A stretch of 64,000 nucleotides of DNA from Antedon mediterranea. Lineage: Eukaryota; Animalia; Echinodermata. Positions 48,655 through 60,387 of this stretch are shown piece after piece. How positions within the stretch are numbered: position 1 is the first letter of the stretch; each line of letters starts with the position of its first letter. The notes below the pieces were generated by a model. The model did no database searches. It worked only from the letters and a program-made list of their open reading frames with translations, and was not told the origin of the DNA. The translations under genes and the position numbers were made by a program. Location: the NCBI RefSeq assembly GCF_964355755.1, contig NC_092680.1, positions 12,347,045 to 12,411,044 of the forward strand. Direction: 5' to 3'.

Positions 48655-49565
48655 AGTGTGTGGTGCGTGAACAACGATAAACATGTTCAAGATAACATAG
48701 AATCACATGGATGGCAACATAAAAAAGGAAACAGAACTTTTCACAAAAACGTACAGAGTGGTGATCACGTGATACGCGCAAGGTCTGTCCACACTATCGA
48801 ACTTTATGTGCCAAATTCCATGTTTTTAGTGGCCCGGACTCGATGATTTAAGTTCATCTGAAAAGAAAATGATCAAAAAAGAACTAAATCTCAGCGGATC
48901 AATATACATTATATAAAATGAATGCTGTTTCTAAAAAAAATATAAATAATATATCAAAAGTGAGATAAAGTTATCAACTGTCTCATATTATGAGATACAA
49001 TAAACACATATAAAATGCAACACTTACCCGAGGTGAAAGCTAAATTGGATACTTATTACTCAAAGCGTGAACATTAAAGCGAATTGAAAGATGTGACAGC
49101 AACAAAATCTGTTATTATTTTTTTATGAACAATTAAAATCAATTGTCTGGTGAGTATTTTCATCAATTGATTTTTTTTAAAAAGCCAATTATAATATGTG
49201 ATGAAAATAAAAAAATGACATTAAAATAATTCTGAGCAACTATGTCCAAATATTCACCTACTTTACTTTCTTAAAAAAATTAAATAAAAACCGAGCAATT
49301 TTATGTACCATATTTTTCAAACAAAGTAGGCATATATGATGTGTGTAAACAGCGTGATTTGCACGCGTCCGTCTTCGTACGCGTGCGTCTGTGTACGACG
49401 TGTGCATAAGTTACCACCTGTCAGTCACCAGCCGTCGCTATGCGCATACGTATTCATATTTCCATCAAATTACTTTTTGATGCCAAAACTACGCAAAAAA
49501 ACAGAACTTGCAAGAATATATTCGCTTATGTAATTCTTACAATCGCAGAATTTTAAATAAACAGT

Positions 49566-49630
49566 TGGCGGGAGGAGGGGGTGTGGGGGATTATAAAAGG
49601 AAACTCTGCTAGGTGCCGTTACATTACTCC
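49566..49630 (+). promoter_or_regulatory. Candidate Pol II core promoter for GPCR-2
   Basis: GC/GT-box tract GGCGGGAGGAGGGGGTGTGGGG, consensus TATAAAAG at 49592-49599, and an Inr-like ACATT about 30 bp downstream. Confidence 0.5.
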
Positions 49631-49699
49631 GTGCGCAGAGTTGTTCATGTTTGTGTGATTTGTTATGTAATCGAAAAGAGCCTACACGACATCATTAGA

Positions 49700-49720
49700 A
49701 TGACAAGTACAACGTCAAAG
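49700..49720 (+). CDS. Candidate first coding exon of GPCR-2 (MTSTTSK)
   Basis: AGA-ATG context; 7 codons end AAG|GTTAAT in phase 0, compatible with the phase-0 acceptor at 54835. It lies about 100 bp after the TATA box. Unverified; the donor is weak. Confidence 0.35.
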
Positions 49721-51550
49721 GTTAATACAAGAATACGTCGCTTTTGGCACAACAATATTAGTGAATAATAAAGTCAGTATATTAATAGCTATGCTTTTAT
49801 CGAGAAGGGACATTTATCTGAATAAAATGTGGCGGGTAGATTTACATGGACGAGTTGGCTAAGGGCAAAACAAGATATTATTGTATTTATATTCCATGTC
49901 AAATTATGATATTTAAGAAACTATGTATACAGTATAGTGTAAGATATAAAAATGATTCGCACGTCTTCTCAGAAGATAACAGAACACACTGCTGATAGCC
50001 AATGACGTGGTTATTTCTTCTAAACAAAATTAGGCTAATAGTCAATAGAAAACCAGAAATACTACAAAATACAAATAATTTAAATTGTAAATAACAACCA
50101 AAAACAAGAAGAAGAAAGACAAAACTGATGTCAGTGGTATTGATTCACACATTGCGCAGTAATGTTGACTCCTTAACTTCAATCTACACTCTATTAAAAA
50201 TAATGAATATATTCGCGTGAATCGAACGTAATTATGAGTTGTGAATACGCATGCGAATTAGTCAACGCTGTCGTTTCACGCGAATAAATTCGTCAAAGTG
50301 GAAACTAGCTTAAAAGAATGGAAAACCACTAAACATATCAGTTATTATTAAAGTTACACCATCGACGAAACGAACCCTTATACACAGTCAGATATGTATC
50401 TGGTTGACTGGCAACAGTCTTTAACAGAGAGTCTCGTGACGTCAGCCACAGAATCGGGTGCTTATACAGTAGGGCCTACATACATTTTTTTAGGATCCCA
50501 ACGGAAATCTAAACCTAAACCTACGTGAACGTATCCTGCTAAAAATCTACGTTAATTGTTTACCTATTCATTTTAAAACATTTCTATAAACATTCTTACT
50601 ATTGTATGCATGTTTATACCTATATAATAAACCTATAATGTATTTGTTGATCTCACGTTTTCTGCTATGATATCCATTGTAACTCCAATTCCTTGAAATA
50701 ATATGCTGTAAGGTACTGTAGGAACAACCGAAACAGTCCGGAAATTATATAGTTTTTTAAATTTTATTACGAAGCTCAACTTATAAATTAATTCATCAAT
50801 TATCTGGCAAACTCCTGGGAATCTCCACACAATATGGAGGTGGACGTGTCCTCTGGGGTGCGCCTCCGGGGTTGCCATGTTTATGTTTTATCTAACGACG
50901 GTAGTTAAACATAATAAATGTCTAAAAAATAAAAAACCTTGATTCTAATTCATAAGCACAAAGTCTTTACGTAATATTTAAGAGCTTAATTAATCGGTTA
51001 TCTCTTGAGGCCCTAAATAAAACTTGAATCACGACGTCCGTGAAATTGCCATTTAATTGGAATCTCTCAATTATCACGCGTGAACGTTATCATCAGTTAT
51101 ACTTCAAAGTTACGTAATAAAATTCATAATGAAATTTGTACTAAATCGTAAAATACATTTCGGTAGAAGAGTCTGACTTTGTGGTAGACGTCGCTGCCTA
51201 ATTGATACACATTTTGGAATTATTACCAGAATCAAAAACAAATTGGTTTTAGAAAATCCAGTATCAAGTCCAAGAAAAAACAAACAACTTCACTCTAGGA
51301 CAATATAATCAAACCACGTGATAGAAAGTTTATTTTAAAACCGAATAATCGTCGTTGAAGACGAAGGCCCACGTGTTAAAATTGTACATACTGTAAATTC
51401 CATGATCGGAATAACAATTTTAAAGCACATCAACCAAAGCTTGCGGCCACATACATGAGAGAACACGATTTGTAATTTAAATGTGTTTTATAAAATGTAT
51501 GTGTTTGAATCCACCAACGTGCATAAGGTTTATCGCAAATAGCGTGCGCG

Positions 51551-51657
51551 ATGCATGGTGGGAAGGGTTTGGTAGCAAACGTCACGACGCGTACGTACGT
51601 GATTTATTGTTTCGTACGCGTATTGACGTTTGCTCCCAAACCCTTCCCACCATGCAT
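51551..51657. other. Near-perfect 107-bp inverted repeat (hairpin)
   Basis: ATGCATGGTGGGAAGGGTTTGGTAGCAAACGTCACGACGCGTACG pairs with CGTACGCGTATTGACGTTTGCTCCCAAACCCTTCCCACCATGCAT: 45-bp arms, 3 mismatches, 17-nt loop. Confidence 0.9.
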
Positions 51658-52689
51658 TTGTAAAATAGTTTTAGCTTTATTTATGGTGTGGCGATGATGA
51701 GACACTTTCACAGGCAAGTTTAATAACATTTAACCGTCTATGTATATACACAATTACCGAGAATGAAATATTAAAAACATCATTTTTATTTAATATCTTT
51801 AAAATGATACGTACACATAGAAAACAATCAAACTGATAAAAAAAAACACTCAATATTGTTAGCAAAAATATTGGTATTGTAATATTGTATTGCACTGTGG
51901 AGTTCAGTACCCGCTGCTTATTTGGGCTCGAATCTAACCCCTAGCCATCAGCGCAAACTCGATCGTCTAGAGGTATGAAACGCCAGACTATAGTGATCTG
52001 AAGTCCCACCTGAGAATTATTTGTATAAAGTACAAATTACGTCAATAGGTCAAAACATCAGACCAAAAATATTAGTGTTTCATTTGCACAATGTTTATAT
52101 TTAAGCTTCACTACGTAATTCTCATTAAGAAGAATTGGGCTATCATTGTATCGGTTTCTTTTAGTTTAGACAAACAGAAAGCTAACTACGATATGACCTA
52201 CTTAAACAGTGAGATGACAATTTGTTCCACGTCGCATAAGGCATTAGCGCTTATTCATCATTACATCAATTATTGAACATGAAAAAGAGGTTGGCAACCC
52301 ACCAATATTATTCTTTGTTATATTCACAACACGTATGTTGCAATGTTACGTGTGCAGACTAACATCTTCAAGTGCTGTGCAATTAGAGTAAAGGCGACCG
52401 TTCATTAAACCTACGAGTTCTGCACAAGAGTAAAGGCGGCCGTTGGCATAGCCTTCGAGAACAAAACATACTAATAGTTTCCAGAATAGCTGATGATGAT
52501 GATGACCTATGATCGGAAGTAATAGTGCAATAAATATTTCACTTTTGAGACAGATAACTTAGACATATAACTTAGACATTTCTACTTTATTTATATACAA
52601 ACTGTCTATGCAACAAATTATATGTTGAATAATGGTTCTAGCCTAGATTTAATATTGGTAAAAAGTAAAAAAAAAGGAAACACAATTGG

Positions 52690-52790
52690 CACACATGGTC
52701 GAATACACACAGATCGTATTAATAGAAATGAAAGAACATGCAAATTATGTTCACAATCAATTGAAGATGAATGTCACTTTAGTTTATCCA
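52690..52790 (+). mobile_element. Small LINE zinc-knuckle remnant
   Basis: GRIHTDRINRNERTCKLCSQSIEDECHF, the same motif as at 28.85 kb. Confidence 0.6.
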
Positions 52791-53832
52791 TTTTATTTAG
52801 TAGAACTCATATAGGCCTGTGTATTTTCCTTTTATTTTATACGAAGAACATCAGAATTAAAACGTAAAAGGCCTACGGATCTCATTCAGTTTGGAAAACA
52901 ATTTTTTTTTTCAATTTAAACGCAGAACAACAGAATATTTAAACGCACTCTAATGTTATTGTTATTTAGGCCAAAGCAGTAAATATAGAGAATATATATT
53001 ACTAGGATGTATTAAAATTCCAAGAAAGAAAGAAAATATACATATAAGTTTTGTTTACAAATTATTCGTATTCATAATAAAATGAATCCAGTATATATTG
53101 TTTATATGTACGGGTATAGGTCTATGTATAGACCTATAAATTAGTTAACTTTATAGGTTTATTTGATCTTGAGATCAAATAAACTACCGCAGGCTATATC
53201 CGATGATGAATGCAATTTGCATATAACAACTCTTCAATATAAAGGTAAGATTATAAGTTCACATGCATAAAACACATTAGTTTAAAATAGCAGTTCATAG
53301 TGGACAATAGCTTAGGAAGAGGTACACAAACTATAATAGTGCTGCACGATAGTTTTGTTCAAATAACAAAAAGAACTTGTTACTGAGTGATACACTTATT
53401 GAATGGCATCGAATATTCTATTCAAATTCCTAGAAAATCTGCATAAAAAACAAGATCGAAGACCTACTTTTACAAACTAGTAAAAGGACCATTATTTGAT
53501 TCTCAACTGATACGACGACAACGATAATTGCTGTTAAAAACTATAACTGTAGGCCTACAGTATTTTATATGAGAGTCATGGAAGGCTACGATGTAAGTAT
53601 ATTATACTTTTTTATTTTTTCCTGATCATAGTGCTAAAGTTGTATCTCACTATACTGTCTATACTCCACTAACTAAGATTAAAATTGACTTAAGAATGAT
53701 TGTACCGGTAGAGTTTATCCACCAGGTTGTTACGATTCTGGATTGTCGAGTTACTTCTGTAGGAGGATGCGTTAAAATAATATTAATTTTTTTTTTTAAA
53801 CATGACTATTTTTATAATTTTATATTTCAATT

Positions 53833-54670
53833 TTTAGTCGCGTGGACGCGACTCTATAGTTCACTATGTCGGTCGGTTGGTCGGTCTGTCTGTCTGTCGG
53901 TCTGTCTGTCGGTCTGTCTGTCTGTCGGTCCGGTATCACTATGCGTTTTATCGCTTTCTGACCTTATCTTGATATCAGTTTAATCTAGCTAGGTCAATTT
54001 TTCACAGTATATTCCTTATGGCCAGGAATCGATGTGGTTATGTTTTCACGGTGCGCAATAAAAAATTACGCGGTCTACGCACGGTTTAACGAAATCACGT
54101 TTGTAATCATATCTTCACAACCATGAATCACAATTAAATAAAATTTGGTAGTCATAAATTTCAGGGCATAAATCATCATATGGCAATACAATTACGTGCG
54201 TAGCGCATGTAACGCATGCGTACGCGCACTTAAAATTTTCAAAATTTATTTTCGATGAAATAAGAGTACGTTTCAGGCAATTTTAAGCGTTTACAAAATT
54301 GCCATGAGTTTTGCGCGCGCACTACGCGTTAAATGTTATTGCGCACTCTTTTTGCCCGATTTCTGTTTTCTTGACTTACTTTTCAACTCGAAATTACGTT
54401 ATACGAGCACGTCAAAAGTGACAGGCTACGCACGTGTAAATTAAAAAAATATAAATGTTTTTAAACATTTCAACATTTTTAAACATGTTTAGTAATTTCG
54501 GTAAGTATAGTTCACTATGTCGGTCGGTCGGTCGGTCGGTCTGTCGGTCTGTCTGTCGGTCTGTCTGTCGGTCTGTCTGTCGGTCTGTCTGTCGGTCTGT
54601 CTGTCGGTCTGTCTGTCGGTCGGTATCACTATGCATTGTAGCACGCGACTTAATGGCTGTTGGCCTTGTT
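53833..54670 (+). mobile_element. Helentron-associated non-autonomous element (HINE / DINE-1-like)
   Basis: 5' T-run, subterminal IR AGTCGCGTG (53836) followed by a local inverted copy ACGCGACT, (GTCY/GTCG)n microsatellite, 3' subterminal IR CACGCGACT (54642), short hairpin GGCTGTTGGCC, and CTTGTT ending in a T-run. No TSD. Confidence 0.82.
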
Positions 54671-54835
54671 TTAAAGCGTTTCTATTATTTTAGTTGTACA
54701 AGTGAGAATAGTCCTATAACCAATCTTAATGAATACCACGAAAGCAGTCGAACCCATCAAACCATCTCAATTTCTCATGAACTCTCTTAACTTCTTTATA
54801 AACTAATATGGCTATTTTTTGTTTTATCATTGCAG

Positions 54836-55795
54836 GATATAAGTTCATTCTTCCTATGGAATGAAACCGATTTCAAAGTACATGAACCTACCGACATTAT
54901 GTTGCTCACTTTAGCTGTCTTTGGCGCCATTTTAAACATTCTCCACGTGTTTGTGATGATCAGACTATCAAAGAGAAAACGAACGTCAGTCGCGCCTCAT
55001 AGTATTGCAGTTGGAATCACCATTATCTTATGTTTGTCTGTATGCTTCATTTCCCGTGAAGTTTTTCCAAACTTTGTCATCGAAGAGAGTGTCGTGTGCA
55101 GAATGTATAATTTCCTGGAGATTGTGTCACAGTGTATGGTTATCAGTATGCTTGTGTTGATCAGTGTTGATAATTACTGCGTGGTCATAATGACCTCGCG
55201 TGGTCAAACGTTTATTTCGCGCCATTTTTGTGTCATTCTGGTATGTTCTTTGATTACATCATCAATTATTGGCCTACCCTTTTTAATCGAAGAATTCAAT
55301 GATGTGACAATATGTGGTGGATTGGCTTTAGATTCAACGTTCGCTAAATGTTATGAAATAATAAGAGGCTGTTTTACATACATCATACCACTGGTTGTCA
55401 TCGCAGTTGTGCACGTGAAGATGTCGTGCGCTTTGGTAAGAAGCGAGCGCACTATTGCTATGGGAAGCTTCCACGGAAGACACAATAGCAACATCGCTTC
55501 GCGCCGTCGCCTACGCGTTGCCATCTTACTACTGGCTTTCTTATTCTCTATTTGCTACTTACCAACGACACTAGCATTTATTCTGATTCAGTATGATTTA
55601 CAGATAGGCCCCGAGATGAAGTTTACAAATGTCCTCTATAACTCACATGTTTATTTCATGTTGTGTTACATGATCCTGCATCCATTGATTCTGATGACGT
55701 CAACACAGAGTGTTCATCGAGAACTCCGGTATCTTTGCTGCCCATACCACGTGTTCAAACTTCGTCAACAGAAACAGCCAATCGCAAAGGTTTAA
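54836..55795 (+). CDS. Class A GPCR, divergent paralog of GPCR-1; main coding exon (GPCR-2)
   Basis: Seven TM segments: TM1 FGAILN, TM3 LVLISVDNYC, shared STFAKCYEI.R.C.TY..P..VIA, TM6 SRRRL..LFSICYLP, TM7 HPLIL. It is preceded by a pyrimidine tract and TGCAG acceptor (54835, phase 0). Confidence 0.9.
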   Translation, partial: DISSFFLWNETDFKVHEPTDIMLLTLAVFGAILNILHVFVMIRLSKRKRTSVAPHSIAVGITIILCLSVCFISREVFPNFVIEESVVCRMYNFLEIVSQCMVISMLVLISVDNYCVVIMTSRGQTFISRHFCVILVCSLITSSIIGLPFLIEEFNDVTICGGLALDSTFAKCYEIIRGCFTYIIPLVVIAVVHVKMSCALVRSERTIAMGSFHGRHNSNIASRRRLRVAILLLAFLFSICYLPTTLAFILIQYDLQIGPEMKFTNVLYNSHVYFMLCYMILHPLILMTSTQSVHRELRYLCCPYHVFKLRQQKQPIAKV

Positions 55796-58149
55796 TTAAT
55801 ACTTGTTCCCGAATTGATGTTCGCTATGTAAAAACATTGCTTATAATAAAACCATTGCTTATAATGAATCGAACCCACCAGCATTATAAAGGCCTACAGC
55901 CAAAAGGATTGTAAGTTATTAGGCCTATAGTGAAAATATTGAGAGGTGAAACCATGATAAAAATGTAAATTATCATTATATATGTTTGTTTGTCAGGCAA
56001 CTCATAGCCAGTATGGCGATTTAACAAAAACAATTAGAGGCATAATGTATGAAATTTTGTTACTAAACATGTATATAACTCCCAGTTGGAATTGAATCAA
56101 CCAAGTGTCCCCGTCTCCTTGAAGGTGTTCCCTGGCCTAGTGGTTGGCCGTATTTCCCTTCGTTTTGGCGGGGGAATGTAACCTCTTAGAGGTGTCTCAG
56201 CAGAGAAGGGCTTCTAATCGCCATCCAATCGGTATATGCAAACTCTAAGCAGAATGATCCAAGTTTAAGGATCACCACCCAGCTGAGGTCACCGAATATT
56301 CCCCCTCATACTACATGAAGAACACGAACCAGATGTATACCGACACTTTTATGTGCCTTTATGTATAATTTGTTTTTTTATATACTTGCTTAAGAAAGCT
56401 GCGTTTTTTTAAGAACTTGTTTTTTGCTTTTCAAGTACACTAAACATTGTAAATGGTTGACTTTAATAATAAAGATGCAGCGACTACTTACCGTAGTACT
56501 TATCTTGTTTCATAACATGTTTACAACTTTATACAAAAACAAAATCAGTTTCATTTCATAAAACCATCAATTTATTGGTGGTTTAAACCTAATGCAGACA
56601 ATCAAAGGAGCATGAAAGGATTTAATAACATAATTACTTTATGAGATGTTAAAAAAAAAAAGTTGTGACAACAGGATGTTTCTTAAACGCTTGTATTTAG
56701 TTGTTTTGTTTGTTTTACGTTGTATTACTGATCTTCACTTAATTACTAAGTCGTAACTTAATCTTACTTCCATCCAAACATCTCTGACTCAATTGACGAA
56801 ACTGTTTATATGTAATTAACGGTAATGCATCACCATAGGACTACTGCACTTTCTGGCAATTTGACATCCAACAAACTTTCATGTTTTTTTTTATTAGATC
56901 ATCAAAGTTCATAGTGATAATAACATCTAACATTTAGCACACAACACTAATATTTCCACCGCTGAAGAAGTTAAATTTCAACTTTGTTTTTTTATTTTTC
57001 TCAAAATTCTAAATCTAATTAGCATGCGTGACGCATCCAACCAATGGACGTAACGCAATGACGTATACGGTGACGCAAGTGAAAGAGTGACCAATCACAA
57101 GCTGTGGTGAGTGAGCGCGTCCCAAGTGGGAACCATTCAAGCAGCTCTGTTGTTTGTTTTTTCCGTTTGAGTATATTGTTGTTTTTTCACATTGAGATCT
57201 TATGCGCGTGTACGAACTCAATTAAAAAGGTCGACATAGTTCATTCAACCTTTTCATACACACACGTTATTGATATTTTCAAAAAATATGTTTTTTGTTT
57301 CTGATTGTTTTTCCGCGTTTTCTCCTCACTTCGGACCTATAGCCTTACAAGTTCACCTATAAATAACCCCTAAAACCCTAGTTAACCTTTTCACATTGGC
57401 ATTCAGCTGCATTTTTGAAATCTTTTATTCATATTCCGTCTATTTTTAAGATTTTCTTTTCATAATCTTGACATATAAAGTTCGTATATTTCCTGGGGAC
57501 ATAATTATGTAATGCCTACAGCAGCCAGCTATCTTATATTTTTATTTCTTTTAATACTATAAACAAAATACATTTCTCACATTAAGGTTCAATAGAATAC
57601 GGAGTGATTTGAACAAGGCTCTGATCTGGATTGCCTTGGTTTGAACTGAAAATCGCCAGATAACGCGGCTGTACGTGCACTGTGATCTGACACGTTACGG
57701 AAACTTACGCGTGCACATATTAATTTGCCTATAATTGTGGTGTCACACCAAAATACGGGCCAAAATCGGTCTCAGGGGACTATTTATGGCTGCCAAAACC
57801 TATCCGGCAAGACCAATTTTGGCCGCCAAACAGTATATGACAGTATATTTATTGTGTTTTCTTGTTTTTTTTTTATGACGAGCAATGAATTTCCTTTTTG
57901 AGGATCAATATAAATTATCTTATCTATATTTTATCTTATACAATCTGCCATGCTTTTGACTGCAATTATATCAGATGTTTACTTGAATTGTTTATCTACG
58001 CAGCCTTATAGCCTACCTATACAGACCTTCTTCTCTTGTGCATTCTCATTTTCTGTAATTTATGCCGGTGCGTGTAACAACCGAACCGTGCAGTAAACTC
58101 ATCGGCCACCAGCAGTCAGCTAGCTAGCAGTTGATATATCTTATTTTAA

Positions 58150-58300
58150 CATGTTGTCATGACAGTGACCAAACAATGTACATTCAGTCGGAAGCGGTTA
58201 TAACCTATACTGTGATTAGTTAACACAAATAATTCTCCATTTACAGACCAATCAGATCATCCGTTCATTTTGCCTTTGTCAAACTGCTTAGCAACGACAC
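58150..58300 (+). promoter_or_regulatory. Candidate tektin-2 promoter with RFX X-box-like and CCAAT motifs
   Basis: GTTGTCATGACAGT (58153-58166), GACCAATCAG (58246-58255) and CTGCTTAGCAAC (58284-58295). RFX regulation is established for ciliary genes. Confidence 0.55.
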
Positions 58301-58309
58301 ACGCATGTT

Positions 58310-58437
58310 GTATCCACACAACAACCACACGACACACACACTTCACTGTACTTTTAATTCTGTGTGAGGACATTTATCTCGCAGAAGTTAATTTAGTAAA
58401 GACATTATTTCCAAATTAGTTTTAATCTGTTTAAACA
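58310..58437 (+). other. Candidate non-coding first exon of tektin-2 (5' end approximate)
   Basis: Follows the promoter motifs and ends at consensus donor ACA|GTAAGT (58438). The ATG-bearing exon at 61.95 kb starts with a splice acceptor, so an upstream UTR exon is required. Confidence 0.55.
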
Positions 58438-58708
58438 GTAAGTAAATATATTAAATTGTCAATCCAATATTTAATCAATTTTGGGGCTAGGCTGGGCTAA
58501 ACTAGCGGCCTAGGGCTAGGCCTACCTATAGTAGTAGGCCTAGCCTACTAGTAGGCCTAGGCCTAAATAAGCCTGGGCTGGCCCTATAGTCTATTAGGCC
58601 TAGGCTAGGCCTCTACTCTAGCTGGAAGCCGATTACTCCGGCCTAGCGCGATGTTGATGCACTCCGGCCGCTATTCAGTTCGACTTCCTGTGCAAAGGGG
58701 CCGTTTAG

Positions 58709-60154
58709 TATGGAGCGCCCATATCTACGTTTTCTATACTGTTCAGTGTTCCTATAACAAATTCTTGGTGACCAAAAGAATTAAAAGAAAAAAGAATTTA
58801 AATGGAACTAGGCCTACCTAGGCTAGGCCTAACTAGGCCTAGTTGAATATTTATTAGCAACAATTTTACTTTTTTCATTAACATTCAAAGAATTTGGAAC
58901 TGATTTTTCTTTCAAACTAATTTTAACTTAACTTTTTCCTTTCAAATAATCAAATACCCGTCAATTAATGCTTGAATAACAATATTTAATTTCTTTCTAT
59001 GTACATTTTATAGCTTTACATTAACATTAAAAATTAGTTAAAAACCTTATTTTTATAACACTTTATCTTGCCAGTACCCATACTTACTAATTATAGTTAA
59101 TAACAATATGTAAAATATTAATTTATTTATTTCAAATAATCAAATATCTGTCTAATTAATGTTTGAATAACATTAAACAATATTTAATTTCTTTCTATGT
59201 ACATTTTATGTTTAATGCTAGTAATACTGTAGGTCTAATCAAATTGTCTGACATTGTGCGAGATAATGCGCGATCCAGCGTTTAAAAGAATTTAAAAATG
59301 GTAATGTTTTGTTCCTTTATTACATTCAATTTATTTTTTAGAAGCCCATAGACTAGGCCTAGAGGCTTTCAGTTTTATTTATGCCCCTCCCTGAAAAAAA
59401 ATGTATAGTATCCAAAAAAGAATTTTATTTAACTTTCATACGTTTTCGACAATTTTTACTGTAGGATAGTGACAATGTAGTAAATCTTATTTCCATTCCG
59501 GGTTTTAATACTAAAACGATGGCCTAAGCACCTTTACTTCTTCTGCCTCTAGCTTATGGAATGACTTACCCACCTCTATTAGGTCGTGTTCTTCCAATTC
59601 CACCTTCAAATCTGCCTAATCTTTTTCTTTAGAACTAAGCTCTCATACACTTCGCCTTTAATCACTTTTCTTTAAATCCATTTAAAGCACAGATAGCATA
59701 TTGTCACAGAAGACTCCATACAATAACTACACGATCTTTTTGTTTTTATTTTCTATGGTTGATATGTGATTACTAATCAGCATGGAATGGAAGGAATAAG
59801 TATAACATACTGTAAACCCCATACTCTCCTAATAAAGCATAAAACCTGGAATTGTATCAAGAATTAATATATCATTTTTGTACAGTCCAATTTACAATGA
59901 TTTTATATTTTAATTTATATGATAAAAATAATATGACATATAGGGTACATTGCAATCAATTACATTACATTAATTAATCACATTACAATTAAAATATACT
60001 AGCCTATTACATTGGATAAAACACATAAATTATTTTGTTTTAGCATTAGACCTATTTAAAACACTTGCGATGTTGTTGTGATCCTGAAAGAGAAAAAATA
60101 TACTGTATGTTACAAACGTGTCTCGGTTGTAAAAGACTCATTGGGCGCTCCATA
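58709..60154. mobile_element. Possible 1.45-kb TIR element in tektin intron 1
   Basis: Perfect 13-bp inverted repeat TATGGAGCGCCCA / TGGGCGCTCCATA. The interior has a direct repeat of about 70 bp (58940-59010 / 59130-59208) and an L2 fragment. No TSD seen. Confidence 0.55.
59485..59600 (+). mobile_element. L2-like LINE 3' fragment
   Basis: Translates ...FTSSASSLWNDLPTSIRSCSSNSTFKSA, a typical L2/CR1 ORF2 end. Confidence 0.7.
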
Positions 60155-60387
60155 GCTGCGGTCTAGGCCTCTAGGCCTACTCCTACTAGGCTAGGCCTAG
60201 GCTGGCCTCTCTCTAGGCTAGTTTGTTTTGTCTAACTGATTTAGGCTTAGCGGCCTTTACTTATAGTGTCTATAACTTGCCTAAAAGTAGAATAAGGCCT
60301 GGGCTGGAATTATATGTAGGCCTAAAATACTACTCTACTACAGACAGTAGCTAACTAAGAGCTAAAGTTATAAAACTGCTAACATAC

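Noticed and set aside
53696-54790. ORFs with CRSV/TDRQ repeats
   Set aside because: They are translations of the HINE microsatellite.
57741-57842. TGTCA...TGACA mini-element with GCCAAAA repeats
   Set aside because: It is too short and degraded, with no TSD, to classify.
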